From NCBI GenBank assembly GCA_964035545.1, contig OZ037771.1, positions 6,357,190 through 6,421,189 of the forward strand: a stretch of DNA of 64,000 nucleotides, written 5' to 3'. The translations under genes and the position numbers were made by a program. Of the stretch, positions 1-13,199 are shown one piece after another (within the stretch, counting starts at the first letter, position 1; each line of letters begins with the position of its first letter). The notes beneath the pieces are model-generated. The model had not been told where the DNA came from and made no database searches. It saw only the letters and a list, made by a program, of their open reading frames with translations. This DNA is from Bugula neritina. Lineage: Eukaryota > Animalia > Bryozoa.

Positions 1-2
1 GT

Positions 3-1976
3 GACATAATTATTAAAGAAACTCCACATGCTGATGTACGTAGACAATGCTTATTGGATCCAGATCCTACACTGGAAAATGTGTTAAAGAAGGCAGCTAC
101 ATACATTCAAACAGCAGAAACTGATAAAGTTTTGAAGGGTGAGACCTCTACACCTGTTACCACAAATCAAATGTCCTCAACATACAAACGTCAAAACAAA
201 GGTAGTCAGGGCAAGAGACCACAATTTCACAAGTCTGAAAACCAGACTGCTATGCCAACACAGCCTTCCAAGTTGAAATCGTGTCCACAATGCTACATTA
301 GCCACGATCGTAAACAATGTCCTCATCGTAACAAACAATGTAAGCTGTGCAACAAAACAGGACATATTTCTAGCGTCTGCAAAACTTCATCAAAATCAAG
401 TGGGAACAACTCTCACTTCGTAGAAGAATCTTCAAGTAGTGTTTACAATATATATGAACGCAAGGGGAAACAAATATGGATTAACACTACTGTGAACAAC
501 AAACAAACACAATTTCAGTGGGACACAGGCGCTACTTGTTCTATGGTAGGAAACAAAGGCTACAAAGCCCTAGGCTCTCCACCATATCAACAGACAGCCA
601 CGACCCTTCATTCATATGGAAATACCGCTATGCAGGTACGTGGTGAATGCTATGTAACAGTAACCATTGGTCAGACTACAAAAAACAATCTTCGATTATT
701 AATAGTAGACTCAGATGAAGGTGTCAACTTACTGGGTGTAGACTGGAGTGACATTTTTGGACTATCACAACAGGGTCTATCTGCTGTAGACAGTGACACC
801 GAGGTTACTAACGCGGTACACAATGTTGATACCAAGGTCAAAGTTCTCACAACAAAATATCCCGATGTTTTCAAACCTGGAATAGGACATTGTAAAACAT
901 TCAAAGTATCAATTTACCTCAAATCAGAACATAAACCTTGTTTTTCTAAACTTAGAGAAATCCCCTATTCTCAACATGAGGCCACTAGGGCTGAATTAAA
1001 CAGGCTTGAAGCTGAAGGTGTCATACAACGTATTAACTTCAGTAACTGGGCCGCTCCTATAGTAGTGGTTACCAAACCGTCTGGCAAAGTTCGCATCTGT
1101 GGAGATTTCAAGCGACTCAATCAGTGCATCTCCATAGATCAGCATCCACTACCAAAACTGGATGATTTAATGAACAGGCTTAGAGGAGGTAAATTCTTCA
1201 CCAAACTTGACTTGGCTGATGCTTACCTACAACTTGAGCTAGAAGATGATGCCAAACAGCTGTGTGTGATAAACACTCCATTCGGATTATACCAATATAA
1301 TAGAATGTGCTTTGGAATTGCCCCTGGTCCAGCTCAGTTTCAACGGTGTATGGATACCTTGACTCAAAAATTACCAGGAGTTGCTGCATACCTTGATGAA
1401 TTAATCATTACTGGTAAAACGGAGGAAGAACACTGGACTAATCTGACAAACCTGCTTTCAACACTTCAAGAGCATGGTTTTCGAATACGATTAGACAAGT
1501 GTGAATTCTTCAAGCACTCTGTTGAGTATCTGGGTCACACCATCGACAAGGATGGCAAACGACCAACAGCTGCTTCCATGGCAGCTCTCTCTCAATTACC
1601 TCAACCACAGGACTTGCACCAACTGCAAGCATTTCTAGGAAAGGTTAACTACTATGGGCGCTTCATCTCTAATCTTGCGGATAAAGCAGCTCCACTTTAC
1701 AAGCTCCTCAAGAATGATACCACATTCACATGGTCAAATGAATGTGAACAAGCCTTTACCCAGCTGAAGAATAGCATTATCAATGCTACTAGCCTGACAC
1801 ACTATGATGAGACAAAACCCCTAATTCTTGCAGCCGATGAGTCATCCTATGGATTAGGAGTTGTTCTCTCGCAGGATACTGATCAGGGAGAAGTTCCAGT
1901 GGCTTACGCTTCAAAAACAAGGAAATGCTATCTACATAGTACAAACAGACAGTGGCAACTGGAAGAGGCATGCTAA
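3..1976 (+). pseudogene. Gypsy gag-pol polyprotein (Zn knuckles, aspartic protease, RT, truncated RNase H)
   Basis: Frame is open from position 3 (DIIIKETPHADVRRQCLLDPDP...). RT active site reads YLDE rather than YLDD. Homology stops at VAYASKT (~1919) and the frame runs out at 1976. Confidence 0.88.
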
Positions 1977-2121
1977 TCAGCTTCAAATTCGCCTTCCATC
2001 TACAAATATGAACAAATCAGTGGTACCCAACACACCCCAAGCTGATAATAATATTTTCCATCCTCATGAGAGGCGCTATCCAACCAGAGAGCGCAGACAG
2101 CCAGATTGGTACAAGCCATAA
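1909..2121 (+). pseudogene. Out-of-frame remnant of integrase C-terminus
   Basis: LQKQGNAIYIVQTDSGNWKRHANQLQ...RRYPTRERRQPDWY* resembles the 'Y.V....G....RH.NQL' and 'RRS.R.R+.P..Y' tail of Mag-type Pol; it ends 19 nt before the PPT. Confidence 0.75.
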
Positions 2122-2140
2122 CTCTTAAGTCTAAATTTGT

Positions 2141-2150
2141 GAGGGAGGAG
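2141..2150 (+). other. Polypurine tract (GAGGGAGGAG)
   Basis: Purine run directly 5' of the TG that opens the LTR. Confidence 0.85.
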
Positions 2151-2457
2151 TGCTATGTATTGAACTAGCCTTGTCAATACACCACATAGATGCATATTAT
2201 GACATACCACATTTTATGTGCTCGGTTACTTTTTATTCTAATGTCTATTTGTTTAAACTCATTATATACAGTTTTTGCCATATCAATATACAAGCCAGTT
2301 GTTATTCTGTCACTGTTTATCTACATGTATTTTTATGTCAGTTACTTGTTAGCTTCAATACAATACAGTCATACATTCTACTCTACAGCCAATCTTACTT
2401 ATACGTGCTTAATCTTACTGTTTACTCTTGTTTAACATAAATAACAAGAACACAACA
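2151..2457 (+). repeat. 3' LTR (~307 bp)
   Basis: Starts TGCTATGT after the PPT and ends ACACAACA (imperfect inverted termini). The right end is inferred because the 5' LTR is not in the window. Confidence 0.7.
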
Positions 2458-3475
2458 ATATTGAGGGAGAAAAAAGACACCATCAACTGCTACATTCAGC
2501 TGAGATTGTGTCCAGGTGTCAGTAGCAGACAATGGGACTGATTAATATTTCTTTGACACACAGTTTTAAATCTTAATGAGTCATTCATATCGATACAAGC
2601 TGGTTGCTGAGGAACTAGCAACACAATGCAAGAAAGACTGTAGTATAGAATTTGAAGCTGGTTATGTTACACACCTAGTGAATACTACACCGGCTCCATG
2701 TGTGTGATCTTCAAGTATCCCCTTGTATCAGCTGGCCAGTGAGAAGAGCTGTTAGTTTTTACAGCTGCAATGTAATCACAGTGTGGCTTTTCTGTTGCTA
2801 CTTTAAGAAGGGGGCTATGCTGCCGTCCCCTCCTTAAACCCAGCATTGTTTGATCACAGCCAACTCTATATGAGATTTGAGAAAATATGTGATAACTTAA
2901 GTTTTTTTTAAACTGCAATGTTGAAACTTTCATTAGAGTTAGTCTAACCGAAATTTTGCTTTTAATTAAGGTTTTAATTAATATTCTATTAATTAATTTC
3001 AAAAATGAGAAACTTGAGTTTCAAAATTAATGAGTGGAGACCTGCAATATACTGACATTTTCATCAATATGGCCAAAAAAGACTTTAATATCTTGAAAAC
3101 AAAAATGTCATTTAAAGCAAAGGTTTAGCTATAAACTTTCACAACTGGTGTGATGATGCAGAAATTGAGTAGAGGTTTTGCACATTTTAATGTTAGTTAT
3201 AGAGTTTAGCATTATAACAGACAGAAATCTGATAAGTGTAGAATGAGATAAAACTATATTGCAAATTATATTCTATCACACACTTACGTATGTACATACA
3301 CCTGTTGCAAGTGCATACATACACCTACACACACTCACTCGGTTAACAAAAGTTTCCTCATCTATAAAATATTAATCACTTGGTAGCAAACCATTAAGAA
3401 TTATCAATTTTTGTTTATATTTTTGATTAGCTTTTTACACAAGGAAATATTACATCATATTATATTATACTGTAG

Positions 3476-6400
3476 GCCTGTGTTTGCTAATACTGAATGA
3501 GAACAACTTCTGGAGAGTGTGGTTGTACCGATCCGTCTTTCCCTTCATCTGGGCTGTCATCTTGTTCTTTCCTCTCATACAGGTGAGTGCTGGCAGCGTA
3601 TGCATGACTCAGAGGCTACTGTTTTCTCAATGCACATCTTAGGCAGCCTCACTATAGAAAGGGTCTGTTTTATCTCAAATTCAGTTATTATGGCTTTTTT
3701 CTTGATTTGTATGATGAAATGCCACTTATTTGATCAAGCTTACATGCTACGGACAACATTTGGTAACATGGATGAAATACAGTATTATTAAAATGGCTTA
3801 AAATAGTATAAATATTTTATTTTGAGAAAAGTAGCCACAACATATTATATTAGAGAACTACTTTGAGCATGTATATTGTATTCATTACCAAGTACTAAAC
3901 ACACAGGCATTTTATACAACTGAGTTACAAGTAACTTATGAAATTTAATCATTTTTTGACATTTCCATTTTGTTTGACTGAAATTGACTTTCTACCAGTA
4001 TTTCTGCTATTATTATGTAAATTACACTCTTTAAAGCGTGTCGAGGAAATTGCCTATCAAAATCTAAATTGTAAAATATCAAATACAGGCATGCTTAAAT
4101 TCCGATGGGTATTAATATACTTGATAGCTACATGAACACTCTTATATGGCGAACCAACTTTACAATGTACTGATTTGATGAGACTAGTGATTAGCATTTT
4201 AATTACTATAAATTAGCTTGCTATGAACAGAATAATAGAGTCCTCCGCTGATTAATTGGTATGAAATTTGTTAAAACAGTCACACATCTTTGGTCTCTTC
4301 TATGAAAAGCAGAACCAAGGTCAACTTAAAAAATATTGACTTCTAAAAATAAAAAAGTTTATTTAAGCAAGCAAATCTAGTAGTTGCGGTTTATCAAAAT
4401 CAATCTTATAAATTAATACATCAACATTCAGGATTCTGTTAAAGTAAAGTATCTTATTGGGTGTAAAACTGTCACTGCAGACTCTCCGAGAGAAAACCAA
4501 GATGGTGGATGAAATAATCTTACACCAATAGTTATTTCCATTTTCAATACTTCATTATTGTATAGTCGCAAGAGTGTCAAGAGAGTAGATTGTTGGGGTG
4601 GTGTACTGCATGGTTAAGATTGTTGTTATTTTGATATATTGCAGGCAGCAAGTTTAAATGCAGCATGCTCAAAGTTCAAGACAGTTGCTCTGAGCATCAG
4701 AGTGTATGGATATCAGAATGAAGAAGACAGCCATTTGGATTCCTTTCTACTGTTTATAGCTAACACCACTCTTAGAGTATGTATATATTTATTAGTTTTA
4801 ATAGACAATACCCCTTTCAAGGATTTATTGTCCGTGAAGATGCACGATGTAAATGTTGTGCGTAATTCAACAATACAAATTTTGTGTGATATGGTAAAAG
4901 CAAATTTTACTTTCGTGTCGATAATACCAAATTCAAGATGATAATGTTTTGTAAAAATAAACTGCATTCAAATTAATTAAGCTAAGAGAGAAAAATAAAA
5001 TTTCTTTCATCAACATGGCAATAATAATTATAGTGAAATTTTATTGAAAAAATGCAAACACACGGAACCTTTTAACACTTGATGTACGTATGCAGAGTGC
5101 TACAACAATTGTAAAATTAACAAATTTTATTGACCAGGTAAAGGTGAAACTATCTATTGTATGTTTTCATTTGTCCATGCTTTTGCTTTTGAGCAAACTT
5201 AGGCTTCTAGTGTATATAATATATTTATCAATATGTGCATATAAATAAAACCACTCTCAAAGTTTGTCCCTGTGCATAAGCAATACCATTCTTAAAGAAA
5301 GTCCTGTTTGAATATAACCAGATATTATAAACTTATAAAAATGTGTTTCGAGGACAAATCAACTACAATACCAATGTCTTCACTGGGAGAAAGACATACA
5401 TAGTGCTGATTGTTTAGAATTCATGCAAAAATGAAGCAAACCTGACATATCAAATAATTTCTCTACAGTTGAAAGAAGTTTAACAACTTTACACTTAAAC
5501 TGTAGTAGTGGAGACAACTTTTAATACTAGTCGAGATACAACGTACATGCGTGTCTCAATTAGTATTATATTTCATTGCATCCATTAATTACAAACTTAT
5601 CATTGTTTGGGGGCAAATAATACATAAAACTGGAAACCTTTGCATAATAATCACAATAACTCAATCATGTTACTTCCACGAAATAATTGAACGCTGGCAT
5701 TTCTGTCCTGTATTGTTATTAATGACTGTTTGTTAATTTGACACTAATTTATTAAGGGTATACTTTAATAGCTTCCCTAAACACACTTTCTTTAAGATTA
5801 ATTTGTTAACATAACATATAAACATGCACTGGCACACTGGGCTTACTCCCTGACAGCTAGAGTAAAGGAAATATCAAACCAGCATTTCTATTGGCCTGCG
5901 CATTGCTGTTCAGCCCAATAAACTAGTGCCTATGTCATTTCCTTTAGGAGCAGCCGTGGTCTAGGGGTTAGAGTGCATGGCTCAGCAAGCACGAAGTCAT
6001 AGGCTCGAACCCTGACAAAGGCCATTATTGATGCTAGGAAGAGCATCCAGTCATAATTGCTCTTGTGCCACAGCTGAATAAGTTCAATTAGCCCAATTTA
6101 AAAAAGACCTTTTCCATCAGGGGTTTCTCACAGGGATGGTGATTATAAACTTGCATGGGTTTTATACGTTATTTCCTTTACTTATAGAAGTGCTATTGCA
6201 GGCCGTTGTAAAATGTGTTGGACCAATCATATCCGAGTAATTAATGAAGAGTATAGGGTTATAAACAGTTTATGTTAGATATAGCAGATATACTCATAAA
6301 TAAAAAGCTCAGGTTAATTGTTTAGAAAGTAGACTTATGACACTTAACGAATGTTAATTAATTTCTTTGTCAGCAGCAGCCCATAAAAGCAGCAATATTT

Positions 6401-7127
6401 ATATTGTGCTGCCATCATGTGGGTAATTTGTTTAGAATCTCTGCTAATAACCTACCATTATCATTATACTAACTCACTGGGCAAGTTTTTTGCTAATTAA
6501 TATGGCACCCAGTGATTTCCTTTGTAAAAGCTGTAAACCTCTCACCTGAATTAAAAAACATATCACCGTTAAGGAAAGTGGAAGCAGATGACTAATGATT
6601 GGTCTTAGAAATGATTCAGGGCACCATTACCGGCACAGTTGTGTGGCTCTCTTAATGCCAGGCTTTTGTGTTAGCTCTTGTGTTCAAGAGGGCAGATAAG
6701 TTTTAGTGGAGATCTGAAAGTAATTCACAGACTAATGCAATAAGTTATAAATTTCAGTAGCTTTTCTTAGCGCAATATAGATGAGTATTTTCTAAGTATT
6801 TGGTAAAATCAAACTTTCAAATGGTAGTTATGCCTTAATGAAATAGGTTAGCATAATTTTTTGCCAAGTTTTTATTTAGAACCCCCACTTCATAATACAC
6901 TCTAATTATAGTACCACACATTACTATACACTCTAGTTATATGTTATAGTACCACACAGTAATGTATTACTATACACCCTAATTATGTATGTATTCTGTT
7001 TTAGTCTAAGCTCTTTCACATCCCGGTGAAGCCATCCTACCTGTTGGGAGCGACTATCGTCACTTGCTTCACGCTCCTCTTACTTTTTCAGACAAGCTCT
7101 GTCGGCTCGGCTGCCAGAATTTTCTGA
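3476..7127 (+). CDS. 3' exons of a multi-pass membrane protein, probably gustatory-receptor-like / 7TM ion channel family (GrlHz-like)
   Basis: Exons 3476-3582, 4645-4776 and 7005-7127 have canonical AG/GT ends and compatible phases: LCLLILNENNFWRVWLYRSVFPFIWAVILFFPLIQ-AASLNAACSKFKTVALSIRVYGYQNEEDSHLDSFLLFIANTTLR-SKLFHIPVKPSYLLGATIVTCFTLLLLFQTSSVGSAARIF*. Family call is from recalled motif similarity (LDSFLLF...KLFHIPV...LLFQ). Upstream exons are outside the window. Confidence 0.75.
5950..6167 (+). mobile_element. tRNA-derived SINE, copy 1
   Basis: Pol III A box TGGTCTAGGGG (5957-5967) and B box GGCTCGAACCC (6002-6012), followed by a non-tRNA body shared with copies at 22522 and 14233. Confidence 0.85.
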
Positions 7128-8127
7128 TATATATTTTTATAGCATTTCTTTAGAACTTTAGCAAATAAGTAAATTATCTATTTTGTGCAAATCACTCTAA
7201 ATAGCAATTTTACTGATGTTCAATATAACCTAACATAGAATAGATCTGTGCAAATTTATTCTAATAATATTTTGTTTTATGAATTTTTGAAACAATCAAC
7301 AAGTAAAAGTTGATTTTGAATAAAATTTTACTTGAATTATAATCTTTGGAAATATTCTGTTACATTTTAGTCTTTGGAGAAATGTCATGTCATGAACAAA
7401 GCAGTTTATTTTATTTCTTTTTATCCAGTAATAAAATTATAAACATGTATTCCATTCGTTTACATAATATTCATGTGAATAATCGATCATTTGTGAACAA
7501 CACTTGTTTTTTATTTGCACCTATTAAAATTTGTATTTGTTATTTGTGTGCATATTTACTTTTTATAAGCATTTATTTAGAGGTTTTTATCTATTTTTAT
7601 AAATAAAAGGTATTTGGTTAATAGGTTGTGTACGTATATCTAGTGAAAAGTGTACAGAGTTTTTGGGCTCGTAACTCCCAATTGACAAACCTGCTGCCCT
7701 TCAAAAACTTTATTCAGAATAAATTTTTAGGAAAATCTTCACAAAGATTTCAAAGTTTGCACATATAAGGTGTATACATGCATGCACCTTAAATAAAATG
7801 TAGGATTTATACAGAAAAAGTTCTTAATGTCAGGTTGCAGCTCCTTATTGTTGGTAACTCATTAGAAGAATAACACATATAAAAACTAATTATAATTGCA
7901 ACCATAACACTCTCCTCCTATGATAACAACGTTATAGAAATTATTCACCAACAGCTTAGAAATCAGCAAAACATTATTACTAATATAATCAAACTAGCAC
8001 TTATAGCTTTTTGTAGTTGTCTTCTACTGTAAAGTTTATTATAATAAATATTATCTGCATATGAACTATATATCTACAAGTGGGTCCATAAACATGTGTA
8101 AGTGAGCAGGTTTGGAGTTGTCGTAAC

Positions 8128-11100
8128 TTAACTCTCGTCTGGAGATGGTAGTGCTCTCGGCTCAGCTATGCTGTTTACCGGCTGACTCTCTTTCAGTTCT
8201 TTTTCTAAGGAAACTTCTACGAAAAAATTGTAGGTATGCTTAGAAGAAAAGCAAATTATTCAACTATTAAAAAGGAAAAACACTTGACAGCAGTCAATCG
8301 AAAAAGTGAAACTCAAATTTGAGTGATGCTGAAAAAAGTGAATTTCAAGTGCTTTTGCTGCAAAATTGAGGAGATATAGTTTTAAAAACATGATATATAC
8401 CGGTGCGTATTTTTAGCTGGCTGCGTTATAGTAACATTTTTTGTTTAATTTGATAGATTTTCAAACAAATACTATACTGTGCAGTGCTGCAATAATTATG
8501 TTAACAAATTAATTATATTCAATACTGTTACAACTGCTTATGATTAATGAAACAGTACCCTGAACAAAGTTTTCACAGAAATGTTGAACTCCTGGCATTG
8601 ATCCAGAATTTGCTTTAAAAGAATTTTCCAAGTGTGTTTGAACATAATATTTAAAAAATTTGTGAACTACTGGTATTTGTGTAGCGTAGTATTTGGTAAA
8701 AGAACACAATTCCAAAGGCTAATGCAACAATGAGCCAGCTAATACTTTGTCTAAAACTTTTTTATATATAATTGCATTGATATGGAATTGTTGTTGTCAA
8801 CTAACATCATAGTTGTGTCTTGTGATAGTTAGTTGTTACTCAAATAAACATATACCATACTAAAAAGTAAAGCAAATATTTAGATTTAATATATTTTAAA
8901 CTCTAGACAACTTTTTGAAACAATCATCAGCTGGGAATGCTAATACAAGCCCACTACAACTAGTATTTCAAAAATTACCTTCCAGTGAAACCGATTTTTT
9001 AAACTCATCTTGTCTTTGATTTTTCCAGTTAATTATTCGAGTCATTGGCACCTTCCCAGTCATAGTTAGATGCTTCTTTACTCCCTTCATAAGTCCGAGA
9101 GCGTGGGAAATACCGTAATGTACGCTGGAACTCTCTGCTGCTTTCCTGCTGTCTTTGGATTGAGAGAGACTGAAAGCCTTACTAAAGTATTTACTTGCTT
9201 CGGAGTAGTCTCCCTACAACAAATGCTGTAAATTCAACAACCATCTGCACAATGATGTTTCTTTCTTCATTCTATACACGCGACAGCTAAATAACGAATT
9301 TCTTCCTTTCATATGTTATGTTAATAAAAACTCAGTTAAACGTTTAGTTGATCTAATTTAGTTAGTAGTTTGAGTTGTATTTGATTTGACTTTTCTAAAA
9401 AACTTGTTAGCAACAGTGAAAACTGTAGAAATTTCATTTTAAGGGCTAAAAATGATGTAAACTTTGAAGCAAATAATAATGCAAAGTTAATCAAATATGG
9501 AAAAATAGTTCAAGTTACACAAATGCACTGCTCTGGGTTTACAAATTTAATCCTTTAGCAAATAACTACTTCATTCCTAATACAAAGTTGCAGCTTGAGC
9601 AAATATCTCCACTATGTACCAGAAATAAGACCTTTTCAGTTTCCTGTCACACAAACATAGATGGGAACAGTATAGATGATATTTATAATACAAACAAAAA
9701 TGATTTCCTGCTCAATAATGCATTAACAAATTGATCAACATAATATCCAACAGTTCTTAGAAAAATGTGAAGGCATTCTTTGCTCTTTGCGGGCCACTAA
9801 TTGAAGACCTGCCTATAATGGTAGTTACATCTTTCCACTAGTTACTAATTACTTTTACTACATGCTTTGTTTGGAAACAACGAAAATAGGTTTTCTTTTG
9901 CCAAAACATGGAATTACTCCTTCAATAACAATAGACAATAATCAAATTTTAGGGCTAAAACATTGAAGCAAGATGTAAAATTAAAAGCAACATTAAAGTT
10001 TGAAGTAAAATAAAAATAATTATACTCTGGTCTATAAATGCAATACATAATTATCTAAACTAATAATTATATAAATTCGATTGTCAGTGTAAATGAATGT
10101 AAGAAAGTATAATGTAAAATTTAAATAGGTATGCATGTATATAGGTATGCACACTTTTTCTACTTCATTTGCTACAGTTAAATTTGTGATTGGTGACTTT
10201 TACTTACCCTTGAATTATAAATGTAGCCCAAGTTTTGGCAAGCTCTGGCTAAAGCCAATTCCTGTCCACTTTTTTCAGCAACTTCTACAAACCTAACTAA
10301 ACACTTGAGACTCTCTTCTGTTTTACCTTCTCTACAAAATGTATTATCTCATGACAAATAAGTTGGTGAGATAAAATAGCCTGGTTGTTAGTGCTAATCT
10401 GACTTGAATCCCAGAGTTTGAATAAAACCTATTTAGTTTGAGTAGTCAATTGAACTCAGCAAAATTATAGCATGGGAGGTTGTTTATCTACTAATTTGAG
10501 CAGTTATACTTTAACCAAAACTTTAGACTGATAATAGAAATCTATGCTAATCTGTCACATAGGCAGCTTACTATTAGAAGAAGTTTACTAAAAACTTACA
10601 AATCATAGGCTTTAGCCATGGCCTCACAAGCTCTGCCAATCCCGGCATCATCTTTACTCGCCTCGCAAATTTCTAGATATATCTTCAAGTACTATTCAAA
10701 TAAAAAAATCAAAATGTTTTTCAGCTTTGAAAGTAAAAAAACTGAAAACCAATTATCAGTACTTTAAAGTTATTTACAATATAAATTACAATGTTATGTA
10801 AACTCATTAGGTGATGCATAATATATACATTATTATGTTTATATTGTATTGACTTCTGAGTCATAGATGAATTGAATTGATTATGAGATATAATTACCAG
10901 GAGAGCAGTTTTAGCATCCTCCATCTTGACATAAGCAAGTGCCAGCTTGTATGTGGCATCTCCTGATTGGCTCTCATCACCACCTGGCAAGAGATTAGAT
11001 GATTAGACACTCTTTAAGTACATAACTACATGATGTGGAATATGACTCTTTAAATACCGAAACTAACAACTCACACTGAAGCTGATCAACAACTTGAAAT

Positions 11101-12743
11101 TCAATTTACAAGTTCTTATAAATTACAATTTGATGATAAGCATGGCTGAAATTAAGTTTGCAAGGACATAAACATTAATAAAATGAATATAACAAAATGA
11201 ATATAACAAAATGAATATAACAAAATACTAGTTTATATATAGCGTATAAATTAAGAAGTTATAGTTAAACTAAATAAAATATAGTGAACAGGTGGATAGA
11301 GCTTTAACCTTCTTTAGCAGTGTTGTAAGCCTTGAGCAAGTAGTCCACTCTAACCTCCTTTTGATCATCTGCAGTCAATGTAGCAGCAACAGCTGTATAT
11401 AACCTGGTCAAATGATCGCAAGCATCAGTTTGAAACTCTTTGCCGGACTCAGTGCGCCATCCAGTTTGACCTTGAGATAGCTGGTAGTAGTCTTCAAATC
11501 TTTCAATGGCGTCGAAGAGTTCACCTGCATAAGTTAAATCCATGTTGATTAGCTCTGAAATGCTTTTAAAATAAAACTACAGCAAAAAGTTGTAGTTTTA
11601 AAAAGGCTTATGCTTACCATTCTCTTCCATGGCGAGACCAACAAAGCACAATGCCTCACACAACCTCTCCTCAGCGTTTTCCTCCTGTGAACTCACATCT
11701 AAACATGTCTGGAAGAAGTGGTCTGACAGCCACTTGTCTCCTCGACCTTGGAAGAACTGGGCCAAGGAAAATCTGTTTTTATACACTAGCTTTAAATCGC
11801 CTAAAAAAGTCACATCAATAGAATAAAGTTATTAGAAATAAATCAAATTTACTGTATAAATTTCATGTGATTCTTCCATATCTCACTATTAGCTGCGGGT
11901 CCCGAAACCTCAATTCATGACATGGTAGAATAACATATTTAACTCACAGTTCTATTAAATTTGGCCATTTTGTCCCTATACACGCATACATAAGCCACAA
12001 AACAGGGTCCAAGCCCTTCTCATGACTTATGGGATTTTGTGAGAATAGATCCATGAGATATGAAGGGAGAATTGTATTTTGTTATACATCATTGATAGCA
12101 GGTTGAAATATCAGACAACCTTTCACTAATATGTTTCCAATAAAACTCACCATTTCTTAATGCCTCCTCAGCTTCCATCAAGTAGAATTTCATTGATTCG
12201 AGTTTTTCTTGCTCATTTTCAAGTAGTGGCTCATTCCAGAGCACAGAATCAGGTCCAGCTGCTTCTCTAGCAGCCCTCTGTTTAGTCATCAGCATGTGTA
12301 ACTCACTAAAAGCTCTGTGAAAGCCAGCTTGCAACATGTCCAAGCATAGGTTATGCTTAAATGTATTTCGATATCTATAAAACAGCATAATTTATACAAT
12401 GATCGTTATCAATTTGATACAAGAATTTTTTGCAACTAATTAGAAAAATAAAATGCAGGCAAGTTTTAAAAATGACCATTGAAATAAGTAAAAAAATGAG
12501 TAATTACGCAGCAGTCTGAGCTTTGCTCAGAAGAGGCTGTTCTTCTCTCAGTCTCTCTCTTCGTAAAATAATTTCTTGTTCTTTTCTGTTAGCATTCTTA
12601 AGTTTTATTGATTTGGCTGAAAGTCCAGTTTCAGGACGACTCTTTGCTGATCCAGTTCGAGGAGGAGTTGGCATAAGTCCTTTCTTGCTAGCTTGTGAAC
12701 GCCCAGAATTGGGAGTCCTGATTTGTGGTAGCATTGTCGCCAT
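8128..12743 (-). CDS. TTC29: Tetratricopeptide repeat protein 29
   Basis: Nine phase-compatible exons: 12743-12508, 12374-12151, 11800-11618, 11524-11309, 10983-10898, 10691-10600, 10331-10208, 9213-8979, 8216-8128. LSKAQTAAYRNTFKHNLCLDMLQAGFHRAFSEL...DKWLSDHFFQTC matches the TTC29 N-terminal signature, followed by TPR helices. Confidence 0.93.
11198..11227. repeat. 14-bp tandem repeat (AAAATGAATATAAC), ~3 copies beginning ~11180
   Basis: Direct reading of the sequence in a TTC29 intron. Confidence 0.7.
11871..12074 (+). mobile_element. Tc1/mariner (pogo/Tigger-like) MITE, copy 1
   Basis: Inverted termini TCTTCCATATCTCA / TGAGATATGAAGGGA; homologous along its length to the copies at 25917 and 35760. 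Confidence 0.8.
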
Positions 12744-13199
12744 TTTACAATCTGCAACATTACCTAGCACACTGAGCTAAAACAACTATGTTGAATTTAA
12801 AAGTAAACTATCACTATGACCTAAAATAATTATTGGTACATCTTCTAAGTATATTGAAATTGCACTTCATCATATTCATTGTGTCAGCCATTTGTAAATA
12901 TGCAACTATTCAATAAGTAATATATAGTATCTTTTCACAATTTTACAGAATGCAATAAACTTTAAGTATCAATATGAATATCAATATGGATATGACTATG
13001 TTGCTGGCTTATTGACTATAGTTAATGTTTCTTGTTGTCTATCATTAAAACAGCTCAGCTACTTTTACGGTGAACAAATTGATAAAAAATGACAAAAAAA
13101 TAATAATTACCTTTTTAATAGCAGCAGAAACAATAATACACTAGTATATCATGTTTACTTTTTGTTCAAACCCATCTTTATCTCGTTACAAAATCTTGA

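Larger units (their letters stand above)
1..2457 (+). mobile_element. Ty3/Gypsy (Mag-like) LTR retrotransposon, 3' part, internally deleted
   Basis: Gag-Pol order: two Zn knuckles (CPQCYISHDRKQC; CKLCNKTGHISSVC), protease (FQWDTGATCS), RT (WAAPIVVVTK..RICGDFKRLN..YLDE), start of RNase H, then integrase C-terminal tail, PPT and a TG..CA LTR. The 5' part lies outside the window. Confidence 0.95.

Noticed and set aside
2150-2440. Hydrophobic ORFs downstream of pol as a possible env
   Set aside because: They lie entirely within the inferred LTR, after the PPT.
5950-6025. tRNA gene
   Set aside because: A and B boxes are present but there is no good cloverleaf, and it continues into a body shared by three dispersed copies, so it is a SINE head.
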